31,683 nucleotides of DNA from Kiritimatiellia bacterium (GTDB taxonomy: Bacteria; Verrucomicrobiota; Kiritimatiellia; RFP12; UBA1067). A model generated the notes under the pieces. The model made no database searches. It was not told the origin of the DNA and saw only the letters and a list, made by a program, of their open reading frames with translations. The translations under genes and the position numbers were made by a program. Where the stretch lies: assembly GCA_900771305.1 (NCBI GenBank), contig CAAGNL010000308.1, forward strand, positions 1 through 31,683, written 5' to 3'. This document shows, one piece after another, positions 24,842 to 31,683 of the stretch (its first letter is position 1; each line of letters begins with the position of its first letter).

Positions 24842-25831
24842 ATGGATCTGCAGAATGCGACAAACCGCATCGCCGCCCAGGGCGAGCTGGTGACGAAGAT
24901 CAAGAACGAGGTCGGCAAGGTGATCGTCGGCCAGGAGAAGCTGGTCGACCGTCTGGTGCTGGCGCTCGTTTCGGACGGTCATATCCTGCTCGAGGGCGTG
25001 CCGGGCCTCGCGAAGACCCTGAGCGTGAATACGCTCGCGAAGGTGCTGGGCCTCGACTTCAAGCGCGTCTCCTTCACGCCGGACCTCCTGCCGGCTGATG
25101 TGGTCGGCACGCTCATCTACTCCCCCAAGACGGGCGAGTTCGCGCCGAAGAAGGGTCCGGTCTTCACGAACATGCTGCTTGCGGACGAAATCAACCGCGC
25201 GCCGGCGAAAGTGCAGTCCGCCCTGCTCGAGTCAATGCAGGAAAAGCAAGTGACCATTGGTGAGACAACTTACGAGCTTCCGAAACCGTTCCTCGTGCTC
25301 GCGACGCAGAACCCGATCGAGCAGGAAGGCACCTATCCGCTGCCGGAGGCCCAGGTGGACCGCTTCATGTTCAAGTGCCTCGTCGAGACGCCGACGCGTG
25401 CGGACGAGCGTCGCATCATGGAGCGTTTCGCCCAGCAGGCGAAGGCTCCCGAAGTGGAGAAGGTCTGTACGATGGACGACATCCTCGCCCTCCGCGAGAC
25501 GCTGAAGGACGTCTACTGCGACGAGAAGGTCGGCGACTATATTCTCGACATCGTCTTCGCGACGCGCGAGCCAGACAAGGTCAAGGGCCTCGAATCGTTG
25601 AAGGAGCAGATCCAGGTTGGTTGCTCGCCCCGTGCGACGCTCTGTCTCAACAAGGCCGCCCGCGCGAACGCGCTGTTGCATGGTCGCGCCTATGCGACGC
25701 CGCAGGACGTCAAGGAGGTCGCACACGACGTGCTGCGCCACCGCATCCTCCTCACCTACGAGGCCGAGGCGGAGAATATGACGAGCGATCTGGTGATCGA
25801 CAAGATCCTGAGCACGATTCCGGTTCCGTGA
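24842..25831 (+). CDS. moxR: MoxR-family AAA+ ATPase
   Basis: [74 protein letters not shown]. Confidence 0.97.
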   Translation: MDLQNATNRIAAQGELVTKIKNEVGKVIVGQEKLVDRLVLALVSDGHILLEGVPGLAKTLSVNTLAKVLGLDFKRVSFTPDLLPADVVGTLIYSPKTGEFAPKKGPVFTNMLLADEINRAPAKVQSALLESMQEKQVTIGETTYELPKPFLVLATQNPIEQEGTYPLPEAQVDRFMFKCLVETPTRADERRIMERFAQQAKAPEVEKVCTMDDILALRETLKDVYCDEKVGDYILDIVFATREPDKVKGLESLKEQIQVGCSPRATLCLNKAARANALLHGRAYATPQDVKEVAHDVLRHRILLTYEAEAENMTSDLVIDKILSTIPVP

Positions 25832-25850
25832 TCTATTCGATAGGCGGGTG

Positions 25851-27371
25851 ATGAGCATATCCATGAACAGGTCTGGAATCGCGCTGGGTGCGCTCGCGGC
25901 AGTTGTCGCGCTGGGTGCCTGGGTGTGGTTTGGTTGGCGGATTGAGCCAGGGAACGGCGAAATCGCCGTTCTCATGAAGAAGACGGGCAAGAACCTGCCG
26001 CCGGACGCGATTCTGGCGCCTGGCCCCGAATATAAGGGCATCCAGCAGGACGTTCTGCCCGAGGGTCGTTTCTTCCGCAACCCCTGGACTTGGGACTGGA
26101 GCTACGTCAAGGCGCTCGACATCCCCGCCGGCAAGTTCGGTGTGCTCGTGAGGAAGTTCGGCAAGAGCCTTCCTCCGGGGCAGATCATTGCGCCGGACGA
26201 CGAGACGAAGGGCATCGTACGAGATGTGCTGGGGACCGGCCGTCACCGCATTAACCCCTATGCCTATGACGTCAAGATCTGCGACGACATCGTCATCAAG
26301 CCCGGTCATGTGGGCGTCGTCACCGCACTGACGGGATCCGACATTCTGACCGATGTGGCACAAACCTCCACGTCTGAGAAGGGTTTTCTCGTGACGGAGG
26401 GTGCGAAGGGGGTGCTGCCGGACGTGCTCAAGGAGGGAACGCACCGTCTCAATCCGTTCATCTACTCCGTCTCCATCGTCAACATCCAGTCGCAGCGGTT
26501 TGAGATGAGCGGCCCGGACGCCATCACCTTCCTCACGCTCGACGGCTTCACGGTCACCGCGGAGGGCACACTGGAGTTCAACATCGACGTGGACAAAGTC
26601 GCCGTGCTCTCGCACGAGGTGGGCGATATGGAGGACATTCTCCAGAAGATCATCGTACCGGCCGCGCGTGGCTTCTCGCGCATCGAGGGGTCTAAGAAGA
26701 ATGCGACTGAATTCATTGTCGGTGAGTCGCGCCAGGCCTTCCAGAACTCGCTCGAGACCTACCTCAAGAAGGTCTGCGCGCAGTGGGGGGTCTCGCTCAA
26801 CAGCGTGCTGATTCGCGACATATTCGCGCCGCAGGAGATCGCGTCCATCATCCGCAAGCGCGAGCTTGCGGTGCAGGAGGCGAACAAGATCGAGCAGCAG
26901 ATCGTGCAGGCGAAGTCCCAGGCCGAACTGGAGCGCGAACGCGCGCTGGCCGAGCAGAACAGCGCGAAGGTCGCAGCCGAGACGGCGCGGATCCAGGCGA
27001 AGATTCAGGCCGAGCAGAGGCAACAGGAGGTGGTGATTGCGGCCAGGGCTCGACTCGAGGCCGCGTCGATCGAGCTGCAGGCAGCTGAGGCGGACGCCAC
27101 CGCGCGGCTGGCACAGGCCGAGGCCGAGCGGAAGGTCGTGGAGGCCGAGACGACGGCCAAGGCCGACGTGCTTGCCCAGGAGGCAGGTGTCTACGCGGAT
27201 GAACGTGACTATGTGCGCGCGCGGCTCTATGCAAAGACCGCACCGCAGGTTCGAAGTGTCCTCGTTGGCGCAGTACCCGACGGTGTGTTCGGCCTTCCCG
27301 TCAAGCAGGTTGTCACGAACCCCGTATCAGCACCGAAACCGGTCGTGTCGAAGAACGGAGGTGCGAAATGA
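25851..27371 (+). CDS. SPFH/Band 7 domain membrane protein with three N-terminal beta repeats and a coiled coil
   Basis: N-terminal TM; three I.PG...V...K.GK.LPP..I.A....KGI..DVL..G....NP repeats; SPFH core [11 protein letters not shown]...[12 protein letters not shown]-rich coiled coil. Start uncertain (25848, 25851 or 25863). Confidence 0.88.
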   Translation: MSISMNRSGIALGALAAVVALGAWVWFGWRIEPGNGEIAVLMKKTGKNLPPDAILAPGPEYKGIQQDVLPEGRFFRNPWTWDWSYVKALDIPAGKFGVLVRKFGKSLPPGQIIAPDDETKGIVRDVLGTGRHRINPYAYDVKICDDIVIKPGHVGVVTALTGSDILTDVAQTSTSEKGFLVTEGAKGVLPDVLKEGTHRLNPFIYSVSIVNIQSQRFEMSGPDAITFLTLDGFTVTAEGTLEFNIDVDKVAVLSHEVGDMEDILQKIIVPAARGFSRIEGSKKNATEFIVGESRQAFQNSLETYLKKVCAQWGVSLNSVLIRDIFAPQEIASIIRKRELAVQEANKIEQQIVQAKSQAELERERALAEQNSAKVAAETARIQAKIQAEQRQQEVVIAARARLEAASIELQAAEADATARLAQAEAERKVVEAETTAKADVLAQEAGVYADERDYVRARLYAKTAPQVRSVLVGAVPDGVFGLPVKQVVTNPVSAPKPVVSKNGGAK

Positions 27372-29137
27372 TTCGCCGTCTTCAGCTCTTCGCGCTCCCG
27401 ATCTGCGGGACGAGTCTGGCCCTGGGGGTTTTCCTCTGGAATTATTGCCGTGTCTACGTCCCCGAGGGGCATATGGCCATCGTGACGTCAAAGACGGGCA
27501 AGGCCCTGCCGCCTGGTGCGATTCTCGCCGAGGAGGGTGAGAAGGGCGTTCAGCGTGTCCCGCTTGCGGAGGGGCGTCATTTCCTCAATCCGATCAACAA
27601 TGAATGGCGGATCGTCAAGGCACAGTCCGTGAAGGTCGGGCAGGTCGCCGTCGTGACGTCGAAGACCGGAAAGGAACTGCCGCCCGGCGAGATTCTCGCG
27701 GCGGACGAGGTCTCGAAGGGCGTGTGGAAGAACGTCCTCGGACCTGGCACCTACCGTCTCAATCCCGAGGGCTATGACGTGCAGGCCCTTGATGCGATCA
27801 GCATTCCGATTGGCTACGTCGGCGTTGTGACGAGCCAGGCCGGGAAGCCGGCGAAGAAGGGTTCGTTTGCGGGGCCGGGAGAGAAGGGCGTGATGGAGAA
27901 GGTGCTGCAGCCTGGACTCTACTACGTCAACGCACGCGCCTATCAAATCGACGTCGTCGAGGTCGGAATGAACCAGGTCTCGATCGTCGGCAAGAGCGGC
28001 ACCGTGGTGCTCACGAAGGGACAGCTCGTGAATGTGAACGGCGCGCTGAAGGAACTCCAGGAGAACACGCTGGCCCGCCAGGTCGAGCGGCGCGACGACT
28101 ATGTGCGGTCCAACCGCGACAGCGGCATCCTCTCGCAGAGCGAGGCAAGCTCGCTCAACCTCGCGCAGAAGAAGTCCCCGCCCGCGGCGAGTGCACCCGG
28201 GAAACGGCCCGGCCAGGACGCGGAGATGGCGCGCGAAATCAAGAAGCGCAAGCAGGCGCCGTTGCCGCAGCCCAAGGCGCCGCCGGCGGACAACGTCGCA
28301 TTCGGCATGAACCAGTTCGTGCAGTTCCCGAGTTCGGATGGTTTCTCCATCCTGCTCGACATGACTGTCGAGTTCGAGCTGCTGCCGGAGAACATCTCGC
28401 GCATCTTCATGCTCTATGGAGATCTCCCCGCGGTGGTGAGCAAGATCATCCTGCCGCAGATCCTCTCGGTCTCCCGTATGAAGGGCAGCGACTACAAGGC
28501 GCGTGATTTCATCGACGGCGGCGGGCGCGAGAAGTTCCAGCAGGAGATGACGGCGGAACTCGTGCGCATCCTCGGCGAGAAGCACATCCTCGTGCGGAAC
28601 GCGATCGTGCGCCACGTGGAGGTTCCAAGCGAGATCCTCGAGCCAATCCAGCAGGCGAGCATCGCGAAGGAGCAGGACCTCACGAATAAAACGCAGCGGG
28701 AGACCGCAAAAAAGCAGGCCGAGCTCAACACCGAGATGGCGATGGTCCAGCAGCTCAAGAAGGAGACCGAGCAGGAGACGTTGAAGATCACCGCGACAAC
28801 GGCCGCCGAGATGAAGAAGGACGTGGCCGTGATCGAGGCGCAGGCCAAGCTCGACGTCGCCAAGCTCGATCTTGAGCGTGCGACCGTGGAGGCGAAGATC
28901 ATCCGCACGCGTGGTGAGGCCGAAGTGAAGGCGAAGTTTGCGGTCGAGAACGAGAAGGCTCTCGGCGAGAGACGGCGCGCAAAGGTGTTCAAGGATTCGT
29001 CCACCCTGGCGGATCTCGTGTTCGCGGAGAATATGGCCACCAACCTCGAGATCCGCGTGATCCACGCGGGCGAGGGCACATTGTGGACGGATCTCAAAGG
29101 TGCGGCGATGACCATTCCCGCGCCTGTCAGGAAGTAG
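27368..29137 (+). CDS. Second SPFH/Band 7 domain membrane protein, paralogous architecture
   Basis: ATGA overlap with the previous gene; TM; three VTSK.GK.LPPG.ILA...KGV...L.PG.Y.LNP repeats; FPSSDGFSILLDMTVEF...NAIVRHVEVP; coiled coil. Confidence 0.88.
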   Translation: MIRRLQLFALPICGTSLALGVFLWNYCRVYVPEGHMAIVTSKTGKALPPGAILAEEGEKGVQRVPLAEGRHFLNPINNEWRIVKAQSVKVGQVAVVTSKTGKELPPGEILAADEVSKGVWKNVLGPGTYRLNPEGYDVQALDAISIPIGYVGVVTSQAGKPAKKGSFAGPGEKGVMEKVLQPGLYYVNARAYQIDVVEVGMNQVSIVGKSGTVVLTKGQLVNVNGALKELQENTLARQVERRDDYVRSNRDSGILSQSEASSLNLAQKKSPPAASAPGKRPGQDAEMAREIKKRKQAPLPQPKAPPADNVAFGMNQFVQFPSSDGFSILLDMTVEFELLPENISRIFMLYGDLPAVVSKIILPQILSVSRMKGSDYKARDFIDGGGREKFQQEMTAELVRILGEKHILVRNAIVRHVEVPSEILEPIQQASIAKEQDLTNKTQRETAKKQAELNTEMAMVQQLKKETEQETLKITATTAAEMKKDVAVIEAQAKLDVAKLDLERATVEAKIIRTRGEAEVKAKFAVENEKALGERRRAKVFKDSSTLADLVFAENMATNLEIRVIHAGEGTLWTDLKGAAMTIPAPVRK

Positions 29138-29159
29138 GTTTAACCGGAGAAGAGACGAG

Positions 29160-30077
29160 ATGGCGATTGACGTCAAGGAGCTGATGGCGAAGGTGGGGAA
29201 GATTCGAATCCTCACCAATCGCCTGATTGACGACCAGTTGAGCGGCGACTACCATTCGACGTTCAAGGGGCAGGGCGTCGAGTTCGACGAGGTGCGTCCC
29301 TATGTCGCAGGCGACGATGTGCGCTCGATCGACTGGAACGTGACGGCGCGTACGGGAACTCCGTTCATCAAGCGCTTCAGCGAGGAGCGCGAGCTCACGG
29401 TCATGTTCCTCGTGGACGTCTCGGGCTCGCAGACCTACGGAAGCGTTGGACGGTCGAAGGCCGAGGTCGCCGCCGAGGTCTCCTCGCTGCTCGCGCTGAC
29501 CGCCATCCGCAACCAGGATAAGATCGGGCTCATTCTCTTTTCGGACAAGATCGTGAAGTACATTCCGCCGCGGAAGGGTCGGCAGAGCGTGATGCGACTC
29601 GTGCGCGAAGTGCTCGCGGCCGAGGATGAGGCGATGGGCGGCACGGACATCGCGGGTGCGCTTCGGTTCCTCAATGGTGTTCAGAAGCGCCGTGCGGTCG
29701 TGTTTCTTGTCTCGGACTTCCAGGAGGTTCGTGCCGCGGGTGCCTCCGCAGAACAGGCGGCAGGTTATGAGAAGCTGCTGCGGGTGGTCTCCCGCCGTCA
29801 TGACGTCGTCTGCATTCCCGTCGACGATCCGGCGGAAATTGAGTTGCCGGACGTTGGGCTTGCGGAACTGGAAGACCCCGAGACCGGGGAGCTTCTGCTG
29901 GTGGACACGTCGGATCGCTGTGTCCGTTCCCAGTTCGCTGCAACCGCCAAAAGTGAACGGGAACGGCGTGATCGCCTCTTTGCGCGGAGCGGCATCGATA
30001 CCGTGGCCGTTTCCACCGATCGTCCCTACATTCAGGCGATTCGCGCGCTGTTCAAACGACGGGCGAGCAAACGCTAG
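29160..30077 (+). CDS. DUF58 domain protein (MoxR-associated, VWA-like)
   Basis: GDYHSTFKGQGVEFDEVRPYVAGDDVRSIDWNVTAR, EERELTVMFLVDVSGS, FLVSDF. Confidence 0.96.
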   Translation: MAIDVKELMAKVGKIRILTNRLIDDQLSGDYHSTFKGQGVEFDEVRPYVAGDDVRSIDWNVTARTGTPFIKRFSEERELTVMFLVDVSGSQTYGSVGRSKAEVAAEVSSLLALTAIRNQDKIGLILFSDKIVKYIPPRKGRQSVMRLVREVLAAEDEAMGGTDIAGALRFLNGVQKRRAVVFLVSDFQEVRAAGASAEQAAGYEKLLRVVSRRHDVVCIPVDDPAEIELPDVGLAELEDPETGELLLVDTSDRCVRSQFAATAKSERERRDRLFARSGIDTVAVSTDRPYIQAIRALFKRRASKR

Positions 30078-30079
30078 TC

Positions 30080-30107
30080 GGTTGAAGGTTGAACGGTGAA
30101 GGTTCAA
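30080..30107 (+). repeat. Four tandem degenerate heptamers (GGTTGAA-like)
   Basis: GGTTGAA GGTTGAA CGGTGAA GGTTCAA filling most of the intergenic gap. Confidence 0.65.
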
Positions 30108-30120
30108 GAGCAGAGATGAC

Positions 30121-31062
30121 ATGAAGATATACTCTTTCATACTTATGGTGATGACTGGGCTTGCTCTGACCGCGGGGCAGGTGGCGGATCTTGGCCGGGA
30201 TAGCGTGGGGATCACCGTCGAGGCGGAACCCGAGGTGGTCGACGTGGGGCGAGACTTCCTGGTCACGGTTACCACGGTCTCGCCGAAGGGCTTGGAGGCC
30301 CGTCTTCCCGATCTGCGTGATCGGTTCAAGGGATTCCAGGTGGCGGAGGACTTCTCCGAGGAACCCGTGGTCGACGCCGAGGGAAAGACGACTCTGGTGA
30401 CGCGCTGGAGTCTTCGTCCGGAACCCCTGGCGAAACGGTATCGGCTGGCCCCGTTTGTGGTGACCACGGCGGAGGGCTCCTTCTACACGGCGTCGGTCGT
30501 CTTCAATCCGCCGGCGGGGCGCGAGGCCGTGACGGGGGCGATGGAGATCCATCCAAAGCGCGACTTCCCGTCCTTGAGCTGGCGGCTGGTAGGCATTGGC
30601 GCGGGCATTCTGGCCCTGGTGGTTCTGGCGGTGGCGCTGATCGTGTTCATCGTGCGGAAGATCCGGATGATGGTTCGGATCCACCGGATGAGTCCGATCG
30701 AGCGGGCGATGTACGAACTGGACGTGCTGCTGAAGAAGGGGCTGCCGGGACGGGGATTCTATAAGGACTTCTACATCGAGTTGACGATGGTCGTGCGGCG
30801 TTATATCGAGCGTCGGCATGAGGTCCGGGCACCGAATCTCACAACGGACGAGTTCCTTCGCGCCGCAGAATCGAATCCCGCGTTCACCCGCGAGGCGATT
30901 GCCGAGCTGCGGGAGTTCCTGCAGTCCGCCGACATGGTCAAGTTCGCAGGTGTCGAGGCGACACCGGAAATGGCCGATGCCGCCACGTCGCGCGCAAAGG
31001 TCTATCTCAAGACGGACGCCACGGCGTTCGGCAACGGACCGAAACAGGGAGGCCGGGAATGA
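30121..31062 (+). CDS. Membrane protein typical of the slot between DUF58 and batA (BatD-like N-terminal domain, TM, helical C-terminus)
   Basis: Signal peptide, Ig-like segment, TM LVGIGAGILALVVLAVALIVFIV, and FYIELTMVVRRYIERR...LTTDEFL...FLQSADMVKFA. Confidence 0.85.
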   Translation: MKIYSFILMVMTGLALTAGQVADLGRDSVGITVEAEPEVVDVGRDFLVTVTTVSPKGLEARLPDLRDRFKGFQVAEDFSEEPVVDAEGKTTLVTRWSLRPEPLAKRYRLAPFVVTTAEGSFYTASVVFNPPAGREAVTGAMEIHPKRDFPSLSWRLVGIGAGILALVVLAVALIVFIVRKIRMMVRIHRMSPIERAMYELDVLLKKGLPGRGFYKDFYIELTMVVRRYIERRHEVRAPNLTTDEFLRAAESNPAFTREAIAELREFLQSADMVKFAGVEATPEMADAATSRAKVYLKTDATAFGNGPKQGGRE

Positions 31063-31662
31063 GTTTCGCGTGGCCATGGAGTTTTCTGTTGGCGATTCCA
31101 CTGGGCATCGCGGCATGGCGGATGCTGCGGCAGGGTCGGCATGCGGGCATCAAGTTCTCCGCAGTTGGTCGTCTGCCGCAGAAGACGGTCGGCTGGCGGG
31201 CGTATCTGGCAAACTTGGCACCGTGGATCTTCCTTGCGGGCTCTGCGCTGCTGGTCATCGCCTCCGCGCGTCCGCGGCAGGCGCTTTCGCAGGGGAACCG
31301 CAGCGTGGATGCGATCGCGATTGCGATGACGGTGGATGTCTCGGGGTCGATGGAGGCCCTGGACCTCACACCGAGGGGAGAGAACTACAAGACGCGTCTC
31401 GACGTGGTGAAGGAGATGTTCCGGAAATTCATCGAGGCTCGCCCCGATGATCTGATTGGCCTGGTCACCTTCGGTGGCTACGCGTCGAGCCGGGCTCCTC
31501 TTACGGCGGACCACGAGACGCTTCTGCATGTGCTCAACGGTGTGCAGGTCCCAAGCGTGGGGTATGATGCGAACGGACGTCCCATTGATCCCGATGAGAC
31601 GATGACGGCTGTTGGTGACGGACTTGCGACGGCGCTTGCCAGACTCAAGGATGCGGAGCCAA
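31059..31662 (+). CDS. batA: BatA-like VWA domain membrane protein (partial, truncated at contig end)
   Basis: Hand translation from the ATGA overlap: MSFAWPWSFLLAIPL...ASARPR...IAMTVDVSGSM (MIDAS DxSxS)...TRLDVVK...DLIGLVTF...APLTADH...TAVGDGLATALARLK. Confidence 0.92.
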
Positions 31663-31683
31663 AGATCGGAAGAGCGTCGTGTA
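31663..31683 (+). other. Illumina TruSeq adapter remnant (assembly artefact)
   Basis: AGATCGGAAGAGCGTCGTGTA is an exact match to the start of the read-2 adapter, at the very end of the sequence. Confidence 0.96.

Noticed and set aside
25250..25259. GTGACCATTG match to the palindrome arm inside moxR
   Set aside because: Only 10 nt, and it encodes the conserved QVTIG motif of MoxR; chance match.

Overview
GC-rich bacterial contig, probably from a PVC-superphylum organism such as Kiritimatiellae (inferred from protein families and gene style, not proven). It ends in an Illumina adapter remnant. Left arm (1-12975, minus strand): a tyrosine recombinase with a full catalytic set, a highly structured ~240-nt leader, a probable abundant secreted protein, a PpiC-type foldase lipoprotein, and two giant secreted Calx-beta-containing proteins. 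One of these has thioredoxin-like domains; the other runs off the window and is missing from the ORF track. Middle (plus strand): a membrane-anchored helical-repeat protein, a translationally coupled Ser/Thr kinase and ECF sigma pair, a hypothetical gene, and an AddB/AddA-type helicase-nuclease pair. A lower-GC ~1.6-kb islet (about 22420-24055) lies between addA and a Nif3-like gene. It carries one antisense orphan ORF with a DUF3102-like core, bracketed by three copies of a long palindrome (TAGTTCTCAATGGTCA-loop-TGACCATTGAGAACTA), with a degenerate half-site inside the gene. This is the best candidate for an undescribed system. Right arm: Nif3, then a moxR-DUF58-batA operon with two repeat-bearing SPFH genes between moxR and DUF58. 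No database searches were run; family calls come from motif recognition.
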